A model generated the notes under the pieces. It was not told where the DNA came from. It saw only the letters and a list, made by a program, of their open reading frames with translations, and made no database searches. From a virus (taxonomy: Duplodnaviria > Heunggongvirae > Uroviricota > Caudoviricetes), in IMG/VR virus record IMGVR_UViG_2562617151_000002, positions 1 through 16,232 of that record: a DNA stretch of 16,232 bases, one strand, 5' to 3'. Within the stretch, counting starts at the first letter, position 1, and the number at the start of each line of letters is the position of its first letter. This document shows, piece by piece, positions 1 through 8,318 of this stretch. The translations under genes were made by a program, and so were the position numbers.

Positions 1-1164
1 TTACGCCTTCTTTATATCCTCCATAATTCCACAGTGGGACATATTTGGGACATTATCACCAAAAATGTCGTCTATTTTCCTTGCATGCTCTGTCAAATGA
101 TTAGGCGCAAGGTGAGCATACCTACGAACCATTTCTATGGACTCCCATCCGCCCATTTCCTGAAGCACAGATAATGGGACGCCTGACTGGATCAGCCAGC
201 TTGCCCAGGTGTGTCTGAGGTCATGGAAACGGAAATCTTCAATTCCTGCACGACGACAAGCTGATAGCCATGATGTCTTGCTGTCGATGCGCATCTTCCT
301 GACCGCAGGCGTTGATGTTCCATCTGCTCGCTTAGCCGCCTTGGTATGTACAAACACCCATTTGTGATGCTTGCCTATTTGATCACGCAACACTTTACAG
401 GCGGTATCGTTCAGCGCCACACCAATGGCGCGGTTTGATTTGCTCTCTTCTGGATTCACCCAGGCAACTCGTCGCTGCATGTCGATTTGTTGCCATTCCA
501 GATTTATGATGTTCGACTTTCTCAGACCAGTTGCCAGCGCAAACTTGACGACAGATTTCAGTGGTTCGGGGCACTCATCAATAAGGCGTTTTGCTTCCTC
601 CTTTTCCAGCCATCTGACTCGCTTGTTTCTGACCGCTGGTATCTTGATGACAGGCGCTTTTTCCAGCCACTTCCAGTCGCGTTCTGCAGCACGGAGAATG
701 GCCTTTATCATGGCAAGATGCTTTGCCTTTGTCTGAGTTGATACTGGCTTTGGTTCATAAACAGGCGGTTCTTTACCTTTCCTGATGGCGGCCTGAACTT
801 TCTGTTTCCATATTTCTTTCGTCTTTCTGTTATGCATTCTGCTTACAGCAGAGTAAATCTTTGCCTCCGAGATATCTTTAAGCCTTATACCCTCAAAATG
901 TTCAAGCCAGAACTCAATCCGGCTTTTATCTGAATCGAGAGATTTTTTATCAGCTTTTTCCTCAAGCCATCTTAGGCAGGCCTCTTCAAAAGTGACATCA
1001 GGTAAATCCCCTAGCTTTTCTACTCGCCAGAGTTCTGCTTTTCGCTTGTCGTGCAACTCCTGAGCTTGCCGCTTGTCCTTTGTGCCAAGAGATTCCTTAA
1101 TTCGTTTCCCGCCCGGGAGCGAATACGAGGCATACCATATTTCATTTCTGCGGAAGAGTGACAT
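1..1164 (-). CDS. int: Phage tyrosine integrase (lambda Int family)
   Basis: 387-aa ORF. Translation shows the tyrosine-recombinase catalytic pattern ([10 protein letters not shown] ... VRRYAHL with C-terminal Tyr). ATG at 1164-1162 preceded by GAGGAAAG. Its stop codon is the first codon of the window, so attL lies outside. Confidence 0.9.
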   Translation of the reverse strand: MSLFRRNEIWYASYSLPGGKRIKESLGTKDKRQAQELHDKRKAELWRVEKLGDLPDVTFEEACLRWLEEKADKKSLDSDKSRIEFWLEHFEGIRLKDISEAKIYSAVSRMHNRKTKEIWKQKVQAAIRKGKEPPVYEPKPVSTQTKAKHLAMIKAILRAAERDWKWLEKAPVIKIPAVRNKRVRWLEKEEAKRLIDECPEPLKSVVKFALATGLRKSNIINLEWQQIDMQRRVAWVNPEESKSNRAIGVALNDTACKVLRDQIGKHHKWVFVHTKAAKRADGTSTPAVRKMRIDSKTSWLSACRRAGIEDFRFHDLRHTWASWLIQSGVPLSVLQEMGGWESIEMVRRYAHLAPNHLTEHARKIDDIFGDNVPNMSHCGIMEDIKKA

Positions 1165-1391
1165 TTTCTTTCCTCTGTTATGCCATCACCCGCGCTCACC
1201 TGGACAGTATGCAGCGGAGACTGAAGCGCCGCAATGCAAGCTTGCCGTGTTGTGAGGTAAGGAGATTTTGGCTTGGTTGGATCTTTACGTGTTGCCTGTA
1301 GGCGGCCTGTTCGTATCCAGTTGGTGGCGGTTGGTCTGGATATCTTAAGAAACTGACAGGCCTCATCGAGTGTGAGGCTGTATGGCTCCAT
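1020..1391 (-). CDS. xis: Excisionase-like small DNA-binding protein
   Basis: ATG at 1391-1389 shares a base with the stop of the upstream ORF (TAATG). N-terminus [31 protein letters not shown] resembles small wHTH excisionases. The frame stays open to 1020, overlapping the first 144 nt of int, so the real C-terminal extent is uncertain. Confidence 0.6.
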   Translation of the reverse strand: MEPYSLTLDEACQFLKISRPTATNWIRTGRLQATRKDPTKPKSPYLTTRQACIAALQSPLHTVQVSAGDGITEERKCHSSAEMKYGMPRIRSRAGNELRNLLAQRTSGKLRSCTTSEKQNSGE

Positions 1392-1696
1392 TATTTCACC
1401 TCTTGCTGTGTCATTGTTGAAAAATGGATACCAGCTCGTTGCTGCCAGACGATCCAACCGAGAGTCATATCCCATGCCATGTATTCGTTATCGCCGTTTT
1501 TTACTCTCCGACGATCTACTAAGTCACCGAAACGCTTTTCCATGAATAATTCATAGGCTTCGCGTTCATCTGGCTCTACTTCCAGAGATACGAGTGCGAT
1601 TTCATAAGCACGGCGCTCAATATCGTCTCGAACCTCTAGGCTGCTGATTCGTTCTTTGATTTCTTTAATCAGTTCTTTATTGGTAAATGTGGTCAT
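1391..1696 (-). CDS. Hypothetical phage protein (acidic, 101 aa)
   Basis: ATG at 1696-1694 overlaps the stop of the upstream ORF (TAATG), and its own stop overlaps the xis start, so it is translationally coupled in the leftward operon. No recognisable motif. Confidence 0.5.
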   Translation of the reverse strand: MTTFTNKELIKEIKERISSLEVRDDIERRAYEIALVSLEVEPDEREAYELFMEKRFGDLVDRRRVKNGDNEYMAWDMTLGWIVWQQRAGIHFSTMTQQEVK

Positions 1697-2058
1697 TATG
1701 CTCCAGCCTCCGGTGCTTTTGGCATTACTGCCCAGTGAGTGATATTGAAGTTTTCAAGGTCCCCGACCTGAAATGTCCACTGCCATTCTCCGGTTTCTTT
1801 TTGTCCCCAGGTGTACCAGAGAGAACGCCAGCCAATCAGCCAGCCTTCTCCATTAGCATCAAATAACAGAACACTTTCATTTGCTGGTGGCAGTTCAGCT
1901 GACACTGGTATTATTTTGTTTTCCAGTGCCGCACATTTAGCTTCAAGCGCGTCGAATTTACGTAACAGGTACTCAGCATTTGTTTCATTCACTTTCAGAT
2001 CTCGCGGTACACATTTCCCGCGAAGAAACCCTTCCATTTCGAAAACATTCATGCGCAT
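1696..2058 (-). CDS. Hypothetical phage protein (120 aa, Trp-rich C-terminus)
   Basis: ATG at 2058-2056 is the first gene of the leftward operon. C-terminal GEGWLIGWRSLWYTWGQKETGEWQW pattern resembles small lambdoid b-region/Ea-type proteins. Assignment is by position only. Confidence 0.5.
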   Translation of the reverse strand: MRMNVFEMEGFLRGKCVPRDLKVNETNAEYLLRKFDALEAKCAALENKIIPVSAELPPANESVLLFDANGEGWLIGWRSLWYTWGQKETGEWQWTFQVGDLENFNITHWAVMPKAPEAGA

Positions 2059-2180
2059 TTGCGTAACTCCGATAACTCGTTAAAACGTTCCATAAACATC
2101 CCGTAACCGCAATGCGTCGAATGTTTATCAGCTTAACGTTGCGAAGCTTCAGGCTGCGGCATTTTCTCAACTGTCAGATT

Positions 2181-2240
2181 CTGACCCGTCAAAATCTGAC
2201 GCATCAAAATCTGACCCGTCAAAATTTGATGCGTCGAAAT
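2181..2240. repeat. Four tandem 15-bp iteron-like repeats
   Basis: Units read directly: CTGACCCGTCAAAAT, CTGACGCATCAAAAT, CTGACCCGTCAAAAT, TTGATGCGTCGAAAT. Each carries a 10-bp near-palindrome (TGACNNGTCA) followed by an A-tract. Partial units flank both sides. Confidence 0.6.
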
Positions 2241-2260
2241 CTGGCAAAAAAGCGGGTTTT

Positions 2261-2320
2261 CACCCGTCAGAATCTGGCGGGGATCCGTCAGTAAAATCAA
2301 AACATGATCCGTCAGATAAA
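2261..2320. repeat. Additional CCGTCAG half-site repeats
   Basis: CCGTCAG occurs at 2264-2270, 2285-2291 and 2309-2315, each followed by A-rich sequence. Looks like a continuation of the iteron array. Confidence 0.4.
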
Positions 2321-2814
2321 AAACCTTCTCGTCCGGACGCTTCGCAACCGGACACGCAGACGGCTGAACAGGATTTTTTAACTCGCCATCCTGATGCGGT
2401 TGTATTCAGCCCTAAAAAGCGCCAGTGGGGGACGCAGGATGATTTGACCTGCGCACAGTGGCTCTGGAAAAAAATCATCGCCCTGTACGAGCAGGCTGCC
2501 GAATGTGACGGCGAGGTGGTTCGTCCCAAAGAACCGAACTGGACAGCCTGGGCAAACGAAATTCGCCTGATGTGTGTGCAGGATGGTCGTACTCACAAAC
2601 AAATCTGCGAGATGTACAGCCGCGTCAGCCGCGATCCGTTCTGGTGCCGTAACGTGCTCAGCCCGTCGAAGCTGCGGGAAAAATGGGATGAGCTTTCCCT
2701 GCGCTTATCGCCGTCCGTAAGCACGTACACCGAAAAACGCGAAGACGCGTACTTCAAAGCCAGTTACGACAACGTGGACTACAGCCAGATCCCGGCAGGA
2801 TTCAGGGGGTAATC

Positions 2815-3303
2815 ATGAGTCTTTTGAATGAAGTTCAGAAATTCATTGAAGCCCATCCGGGGTGTACTTCCGGAGACATTGCGGATGCTTTTGCAGGCTA
2901 CTCACGGCAGCGCGTTCTGCAGTCAGCAAGCAAGTTACGTCAGAGTGGGCGTGTGGCTCACCGTTGTGAAGGGGATACACGCAGACATTTCCCGCGCCTG
3001 ACTGAGAGAGCGCAGGAGCCGGAACCACAACCAGTTCGTGAAACCAGACCTGCGCGCAATTTCTATGTCGGCACTAACGATCCACGGGTAATTTTGTGCC
3101 TGACCCGCCAGGCTGAAGAACTGGAGTCCAGGGGCTTATACCGTCGTGCTGCAACCGTGTGGATGGCGGCATTCCGTGAAAGCCACTCCCAACCAGAACG
3201 AAACAATTTTCTGGCGCGTCGTGAGCGGTGTTTACGGAAAAGCAGCAAGCGCGCTGCATCGGGTGAAGAGTGGTATCTGTCAGGGAATTACGTGGGGGCT
3301 TAA
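2815..3303 (+). CDS. Putative regulator: N-terminal wHTH-like region plus PerC-like C-terminal domain
   Basis: ATG 2815 follows the upstream stop by 2 nt. C-terminal segment QAEELESRGLYRRAATVWMAAFRESHSQPERNNFLARRERCLR matches the PerC/Pch family signature (LE..GLYRRAA..W). N-terminus MSLLNEVQKFIEAHPGCTSGDIADAF looks like a small HTH. Confidence 0.5.
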   Translation: MSLLNEVQKFIEAHPGCTSGDIADAFAGYSRQRVLQSASKLRQSGRVAHRCEGDTRRHFPRLTERAQEPEPQPVRETRPARNFYVGTNDPRVILCLTRQAEELESRGLYRRAATVWMAAFRESHSQPERNNFLARRERCLRKSSKRAASGEEWYLSGNYVGA

Positions 3304-3956
3304 TGAGTAATAAATATTGCCAGGCGCTGGTGGAACTGCGGAACAAACCAGCCCATGAACTGAAGGAAGTGGGCGATCAGTGGCGCACGCCGGACAACAT
3401 TTTCTGGGGAATTAACACCCTGTTTGGCCCGTTTGTTCTGGATCTGTTCACTGACGGTGATAACACCAAATGTGCTGCGTATTACACGGCGGAAGACAAC
3501 GCGCTGGCGCATGACTGGTCAGAACGTCTTGCGGAGCTTAAAGGTGCTGCCTTTGGTAATCCCCCATACAGCCGCGCCAGTCAGCATGAGGGGCAATACA
3601 TCACAGGCATGCGTTACATCATGAAGCATGCCAGTGCCATGCGTGATAAAGGTGGGCGCTATGTTTTCCTGATCAAAGCTGCCACCAGCGAAGTGTGGTG
3701 GCCGGAAGATGCAGATCATATTGCTTTTATTCGCGGGCGTATTGGTTTTGAACTGCCTGCCTGGTTTATCCCGAAAGATGAGAAGCAGGTGCCGACAGGC
3801 GCTTTCTTCGCTGGTGCTATTGCTGTTTTCGACAAGACCTGGAAGGGACCGGCAATCAGCTACATCGGGCGCGATGAACTTGAGGCATGTGGTGAGGCGT
3901 TTCTGGCGCAGGTTCGCCAGCAGGCGGAAAAACTGGTCAGGGAGATGGCGGCATGA
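3303..3956 (+). CDS. Phage DNA N6-adenine methyltransferase (Dam-type, orphan)
   Basis: ATG 3303 overlaps the upstream stop (TAATG). Translation has W-TP near the N-terminus, FVLDLFTDGDN, and the catalytic NPPY motif (GNPPYSRAS). An in-frame GTG at 3270 is a less likely start. No restriction partner is adjacent. Confidence 0.8.
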   Translation: MSNKYCQALVELRNKPAHELKEVGDQWRTPDNIFWGINTLFGPFVLDLFTDGDNTKCAAYYTAEDNALAHDWSERLAELKGAAFGNPPYSRASQHEGQYITGMRYIMKHASAMRDKGGRYVFLIKAATSEVWWPEDADHIAFIRGRIGFELPAWFIPKDEKQVPTGAFFAGAIAVFDKTWKGPAISYIGRDELEACGEAFLAQVRQQAEKLVREMAA

Positions 3957-4279
3957 CGACGTTAACTCAATGCCAGCAGCAGGTGCTGGATATGCTGATT
4001 TCTTATCAGAAAGAACGTGGCTTCCCGCCAACCAATCAGGAGGTGGCAACCATGCTGGGATACCGTTCAGTGAATGCAGCGGTGGAGCATCTTCGCGCAC
4101 TGGAGAAAAAAGGCGTCATCACGATAAAGCGTGGTGTGGCCCGGGGGATCACGCTTCATACCGTGGTGAAGGACGACGACAGCGAGGCGGTCGGGATTAT
4201 CCGCTCACTGCTTGCCGGTGAGGAAAACGCCAGGCTGCGTGCAGCCCACTGGTTACATGAGAGGGGCCTGAAAGTATGA
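3953..4279 (+). CDS. LexA N-terminal DNA-binding-domain homolog lacking the S24 peptidase domain
   Basis: ATG 3953 overlaps the dam stop (ATGA). The 108-aa product aligns by eye with LexA residues 1-70 (LT..QQ.V.D.I...G.PPT..E.A..LGYRS.NAA.EHL.AL.KKGVI.I..G..RGI.L). The protein ends before any Ala-Gly cleavage site or Ser/Lys dyad. Confidence 0.75.
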   Translation: MTTLTQCQQQVLDMLISYQKERGFPPTNQEVATMLGYRSVNAAVEHLRALEKKGVITIKRGVARGITLHTVVKDDDSEAVGIIRSLLAGEENARLRAAHWLHERGLKV

Positions 4280-4671
4280 AGCTGATCCTACCTTTTCCGC
4301 CCAGCGTGAACACGTACTGGCGACACCCCAACAAAGGGGCGTTTGCTGGTAAGAGCCTGATAAGCGCGGCGGGGCGAAAATTCCAGAGCGCGGCGTGTGC
4401 AGCAATAGTTGAGCAGTTACGTCGTCTGCCGAAACCAACGTCGGCACCTGCTTCAGTGGAGATCGTGTTGTTTCCTCCGGATAACCGGATCCGCGATCTG
4501 GACAACTATAACAAGGCGCTGTTTGACGCCCTGACCCACGCGGGTGTGTGGGAAGACGACAGTCAGGTGAAAAGAATGCTGGTGGAGTGGGGACCGGTTA
4601 TCCCGGAGGGGAAGGTCGAGATCACTATCAGTAAGTACGAAAAAGCGAGTTGCAAATTAGCAACTCGGTAA
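4276..4671 (+). CDS. rusA: RusA-family Holliday junction resolvase
   Basis: ATG 4276 overlaps the upstream stop (ATGA). Translation has LPFPPSVNTYWR and RDLDNYNKALFDALTHAGVWEDDSQV, the RusA core with catalytic Asp residues. Confidence 0.8.
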   Translation: MKLILPFPPSVNTYWRHPNKGAFAGKSLISAAGRKFQSAACAAIVEQLRRLPKPTSAPASVEIVLFPPDNRIRDLDNYNKALFDALTHAGVWEDDSQVKRMLVEWGPVIPEGKVEITISKYEKASCKLATR

Positions 4672-4716
4672 CGGAATTGAGCAACACCCTAAATTTGGGT
4701 ATTACCTCGTTAAAGA

Positions 4717-4736
4717 TACTGTATTTATGAACAGTG
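4717..4736. promoter_or_regulatory. Near-consensus LexA operator (SOS box)
   Basis: TACTGTATTTATGAACAGTG matches the E. coli LexA box TACTG-(N10)-CAGTA, with CTGT at 4719-4722 and ACAG at 4731-4734. It sits about 100 bp upstream of the next gene start, next to a candidate TTGATA(4742-4747)-17-TAAGTT(4765-4770) promoter. Confidence 0.65.
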
Positions 4737-4833
4737 TATCCTTGATAACTATTAAAAATCGCAGTAAGTTCATCCTGCATCAACGAAAAGGGAGTGCAGT
4801 CCCGCTCGTGGATAAAAATTTGTGGAGAAACCA

Positions 4834-5649
4834 ATGAATCAGTTGCTTGTAATTGATGGCGTTTCTGTGCGCCAGTACTTCGAATCTAACTACTGTCTTA
4901 ACGACCTTCAGAAAGCAGCTCTTCTTGCCGCTGGTGAGAATCGCTCCTCCCGTTCGCTGGAAGTTCACGAGTTTATGCGTCGTCCTGAAACGAAGGCTCT
5001 TGTGGAATTATTGGAAGAAGAAACTACGGGAGATTCCCGTAGTATTCCTGTCATCACCATTCAGGGGCGCAATGGTGGGACGTATGTCTGTAAAGAGCTG
5101 GTCTATGCATATGCAATGTGGATCAGCCCGGCATTCAGCTTAAAAGTGATACGTACTTTTGATGCGCTTCATAATTCATCACCAGAAGAAACCACATCCG
5201 ACAAAATTAAATCCGGGGTCATTCTGCTTGAATCAGCAGCAAAGACTCTAAATCTGTCAAACTCCTCGAAACTTGGTGCATACCAGAAATTATCAAAGGT
5301 AGCTGGTCTTCCTGAACTTATGCCGATCTATGCCATTGATGCACCTGCTGATGCGCCAGATGGTTCAAGCCGCCCTACGCTGTCGCTGAGTGCACTGCTG
5401 AAGCAGTATGGTATCCGCCTGACGGCTAATCAGGCATATCACCAGATGGCGAAGCTGGGGATCGTTGAACAACGCGAACGATACAGCCGTACCGCGATTA
5501 ACAACATCAAAAAATTCTGGTCGCTGACCGCGAAAGGCTGCATGTTCGGCAAGAACATCACCAGTCCTGCAAATCCGCGCGAGACGCAGCCGCATTTCTT
5601 CGAATCCCGATTCCCTGAGCTGTTAAAGCTGCTCGATACCGTTCATTGA
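4834..5649 (+). CDS. Phage antirepressor-like protein (Bro-N/AntA-like N-terminus, KilA-C/ANT-like C-terminus)
   Basis: ATG 4834 has GGAG 6 nt upstream; the in-frame GTG at 4822 is less likely. N-terminal LLVIDGVSVRQYFESNYCLNDLQKAA ... GTYVCKELVYAYAMWISPAFSLKVI and C-terminal AKLGIVEQRE ... KGCMFGKNI resemble phage antirepressor domains. Confidence 0.6.
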   Translation: MNQLLVIDGVSVRQYFESNYCLNDLQKAALLAAGENRSSRSLEVHEFMRRPETKALVELLEEETTGDSRSIPVITIQGRNGGTYVCKELVYAYAMWISPAFSLKVIRTFDALHNSSPEETTSDKIKSGVILLESAAKTLNLSNSSKLGAYQKLSKVAGLPELMPIYAIDAPADAPDGSSRPTLSLSALLKQYGIRLTANQAYHQMAKLGIVEQRERYSRTAINNIKKFWSLTAKGCMFGKNITSPANPRETQPHFFESRFPELLKLLDTVH

Positions 5650-5650
5650 G

Positions 5651-6646
5651 GTGACCGTGAGAGCACTACTGACCCCTGAAATTGCCCCGCGTATGGGGAT
5701 CGTATTGTTCAGACCAGGTTCAGAGCTGATGCCCTTGTTTATGCAGGGGCGTGTCCTGCTGGAGCCTGAGCCGGAACGTTATTCATCTTTCGCCAGTGGT
5801 GCCGTTCCGGCGGCATCACAACCGCTGGCGGATGATCCTGCCGTTCGGGCCGTGTTCCGCAATGAGGCAGTGATCCGTCGTGCTGGTGGCGTGGAATGTC
5901 TTGAAAGCTGGTTACTTCGTGAAAAAGGCTGCCAGTGGCCTCATTCCGACTGGCACAGCGAGAACATGACAACAATGCGACACGCTCCGGGCGCAATCCG
6001 TCTGTGCTGGCACTGCGATAACCAGCTGCGCGATCAGTTCACGGAACGGCTGGAATCAATGGCAACGGATAACTGTGCCCGCTGGGTGTTGTCTGTTGTG
6101 CGTCGGGATCTCGGTTTTGATGACAGTCATGTTGTGACAATGCCGGAACTGTGCTGGTGGCTGATTCGTAATGATCTGGCGGATGCCTTACCGGAAAGTG
6201 CAGCCCGTAAGGCACTGAGATTACCGAAGCCTGTTGTGCCGTCTGTTACCCGGGAAAGTGACCTTGTGCCTTCGGTTCCTGCCACCAGCATCATCCAGGA
6301 TAAGGCGAAAAAGGTGCTGGCGCTGAAAGTGGATCCGGAGTCGCCGGAGTCTTTTATGTTACGCCCAAAACGTCACCGCTGGGTTAATGAAAAGTACACG
6401 CGCTGGGTTAAGACGCAGCCGTGCGCATGTTGTGGAAAACCTGCTGATGATCCCCACCACCTGATAGGCCACGGTCAGGGGGGAATGGGTACAAAAGCGC
6501 ATGACCTTTTTGTGTTGCCTTTGTGCAGAAAGCATCACGACGAGCTGCATGCGGATACCGTGGCATTTGAAGAGAAGTATGGCTCCCAGCTGGAGCTGAT
6601 ATTTCGTTTTATCGATCGCGCACTGGCGATTGGTGTGCTGGCCTGA
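5651..6646 (+). CDS. Prophage protein with C-terminal Cys/His HNH-like motif (DUF968-like)
   Basis: 331-aa ORF immediately after the upstream stop. C-terminus [23 protein letters not shown] ... [10 protein letters not shown] looks like a zinc-binding HNH-type module. Start is uncertain: GTG 5651, GTG 5657 or ATG 5693. Confidence 0.55.
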   Translation: MTVRALLTPEIAPRMGIVLFRPGSELMPLFMQGRVLLEPEPERYSSFASGAVPAASQPLADDPAVRAVFRNEAVIRRAGGVECLESWLLREKGCQWPHSDWHSENMTTMRHAPGAIRLCWHCDNQLRDQFTERLESMATDNCARWVLSVVRRDLGFDDSHVVTMPELCWWLIRNDLADALPESAARKALRLPKPVVPSVTRESDLVPSVPATSIIQDKAKKVLALKVDPESPESFMLRPKRHRWVNEKYTRWVKTQPCACCGKPADDPHHLIGHGQGGMGTKAHDLFVLPLCRKHHDELHADTVAFEEKYGSQLELIFRFIDRALAIGVLA

Positions 6647-6663
6647 TTTTGTGGAGAAAGTTA

Positions 6664-7047
6664 ATGCGTGATATTCAGATGGTTCTTGAACGTTGGGGAG
6701 CGTGGGCGGCTAATAATCATGAAGATGTGACCTGGTCGTCCATTGCCGCCGGTTTTAAGGGATTAATTCCTTCAAAAGTAAAATCTCGCCCGCAATGTTG
6801 TGACGATGACGCGATGATCATTTGCGGGTGCATGGCCCGTCTGAAAAAGAACAACAGCGATTTACACGATTTATTAGTAGATTATTATGTATGTGGTATG
6901 ACATTCATGTCACTGGCAAGTAAGCATTGCTGCTCGGATGGTTATATCGGGAAAAGGTTACAGAAGGCTGAGGGCATAATTGAAGGGATGTTAATGGCAT
7001 TAGATATCCGGTTAGATATGGATATCGTTGCTAATAATTCTAATTGA
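6664..7047 (+). CDS. Late-gene antiterminator Q-like protein (small QuuD-type)
   Basis: ATG 6664 preceded by GGAG (6652-6655). The 127-aa product is Cys-rich ([23 protein letters not shown]), consistent with a zinc-binding Q. It lies directly upstream of the porin and lysis genes, as in DLP12. The ORF track extends to TTG 6649. Confidence 0.6.
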   Translation: MRDIQMVLERWGAWAANNHEDVTWSSIAAGFKGLIPSKVKSRPQCCDDDAMIICGCMARLKKNNSDLHDLLVDYYVCGMTFMSLASKHCCSDGYIGKRLQKAEGIIEGMLMALDIRLDMDIVANNSN

Positions 7048-7079
7048 TATGCAATTGTTTACTAAAAGTTATTAAAAAT

Positions 7080-7098
7080 GGGGCGTGGAAACGCCCCC
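7080..7098 (-). terminator. Rho-independent terminator candidate for the porin gene
   Basis: 7-bp GC stem GGGGCGT/ACGCCCC with a 4-nt loop. On the minus strand it is followed by ATTTTTAAT. It lies about 140 nt downstream of the porin stop. Confidence 0.5.
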
Positions 7099-7184
7099 AA
7101 AATAAAGGGTAATATATAACAGAAGGTTTATATAGTAAGAAGCAAGGTAGTGCTTCTAAAGGAAGTGGCTTGAGGGCTCCACTT

Positions 7185-7224
7185 ATATGTTGCGGAGGCA
7201 AAGCCTCCCGCAACATATCTTTTT
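7185..7224 (+). terminator. Rho-independent terminator candidate downstream of Q
   Basis: Long inverted repeat ATATGTTGCGGAGGC / GCCTCCCGCAACATAT (one bulge) followed by CTTTTT on the plus strand. Confidence 0.55.
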
Positions 7225-7235
7225 CGTAAGTCAGA

Positions 7236-8318
7236 TTAGAACTGATAAACCAGACCTACAGCGACGATGTCGTCGGTATCAATACCAGCTGTTTTGGTAA
7301 ACTTACTATCGTCAATTAAGTTGATTTTGTAATCAACAAAAGTGGACATGTTTTTATTAAAGTAGTAAGTAGCACCGACATCGACATACTTGACTAAGTC
7401 TCGGTCACCATGAACACCAAGGTCTTTACCTTTTGACTGAAGGTAAGCAACAGATGGACGCAGACCGAAGTCAAACTGATATTGTGCTACTGCTTCAAAG
7501 TTTTGTGCTTTGTTTGCAATATGGTTATTACCAAAAACGGTCATATTCTGAGTTTCAGAATATGTGGTAGCCAGATAGATATTGTTCGCATCATATTTCA
7601 GGCCTGCAGCCCATACTTCCGCATTTTTGCCGGAGGCATTGAATTTGCTCTTACCATAGGCGACCTGACCGTCAGTGCGATCTGATTTAGCATAGGTTGC
7701 ACCCACGCCGAATCCTTCATACTCATAAGTAGTGGAGAAACCGAAACCATCACCATTGGCTTCAGTTACGTCAGTGCGGTCATTTTTACCCTGATACTGA
7801 GCAGCAAAGTTCAGGCCATCGACCAGACCAAAGAAGTCGTTGTTACGATAAGTTGCAACACCAGTAGTGCGACCAGTCATGAACACATCTGTTTGGGTCC
7901 AGGTATCACCACCGAATTCTGGCAGGACGTCAGTCCACGCACCGATGTCGTATGCTACACCGTAGTTACGGCCGTAATCGATTGAGCCGTAATCACCAAA
8001 TTTCAGGCCTGCAAATGCAAGACGGGTTTTGTCTTTGGAAGAACCTTGAGATTCAGCACGGTTGCCTTTGAATTCATATTCCCACTGACCGAAACCAGTC
8101 AGTTGATCGTTGATTTGGGTTTCACCTTTGAAGCCAAGACGGGCATAAGTAGTATCACCATCATCTGCATCATTAGAGGAGAAGTAGTGCTTGGCATTAA
8201 CTTTCCCGTATAGATCCAGCTTGTTACTGTCTTTATTATAAATTTCAGCTGCCTGAGCAGACATCGCCATCAGTACTGATGCAGCTACAGCAGAAATTGC
8301 CACTGTTAATTTTTTCAT
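7236..8318 (-). CDS. nmpC: Prophage-encoded general porin (OmpC/OmpF/PhoE family; NmpC/Lc type)
   Basis: 360-aa ORF with a signal peptide ([23 protein letters not shown]|AEIYNKD), porin motifs ([52 protein letters not shown]) and C-terminal VGLVYQF. It sits between Q and the holin on the opposite strand, as nmpC does in DLP12 and lc in PA-2. The exact symbol is uncertain. Confidence 0.85.
   Translation of the reverse strand: MKKLTVAISAVAASVLMAMSAQAAEIYNKDSNKLDLYGKVNAKHYFSSNDADDGDTTYARLGFKGETQINDQLTGFGQWEYEFKGNRAESQGSSKDKTRLAFAGLKFGDYGSIDYGRNYGVAYDIGAWTDVLPEFGGDTWTQTDVFMTGRTTGVATYRNNDFFGLVDGLNFAAQYQGKNDRTDVTEANGDGFGFSTTYEYEGFGVGATYAKSDRTDGQVAYGKSKFNASGKNAEVWAAGLKYDANNIYLATTYSETQNMTVFGNNHIANKAQNFEAVAQYQFDFGLRPSVAYLQSKGKDLGVHGDRDLVKYVDVGATYYFNKNMSTFVDYKINLIDDSKFTKTAGIDTDDIVAVGLVYQF

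Larger units (their letters stand above)
2096..2812 (+). pseudogene. 5'-truncated replication-initiator-like frame containing the iterons (possible O-like remnant)
   Basis: This frame is open from 2096 to the stop at 2810-2812, but has no ATG/GTG/TTG before TTG 2444 (next ATG at 2570). The iterons lie inside the open frame, as the lambda origin lies inside O. The translated tail (WTAWANEIRLMCVQDGRTHKQICEMY...) could still be expressed from 2444 or 2570. Confidence 0.3.

Noticed and set aside
425-1255. Plus-strand ORFs 425..736, 487..741 and 1073..1255
   Set aside because: They sit entirely inside the well-supported integrase/excisionase coding region on the other strand, with no start signals and no recognisable motifs.
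2112-2294. 60-aa plus-strand ORF with the repetitive peptide ...ILTRQNLTHQNLTRQNL...
   Set aside because: It is simply the iteron array read in another frame. The repeat in the peptide mirrors the DNA repeat and there is no ribosome-binding site.
2181-2320. Possible CRISPR array, given the short direct repeats
   Set aside because: Units are only 15 bp, directly abutting with no spacers, and there are no cas genes. The pattern fits iterons or operator sites.
3424-4505. ORFs 3424..3624, 3519..4100 (minus), 3709..4221, 4197..4505 (minus), 4253..4447 (minus)
   Set aside because: They overlap the Dam, LexA-like and RusA genes, which have clear motifs and coupled starts. Their translations are low-complexity.
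5739-5996. 85-aa minus-strand ORF
   Set aside because: It lies within the 331-aa plus-strand gene and gives a Pro/Arg-rich translation typical of antisense GC-rich coding sequence.
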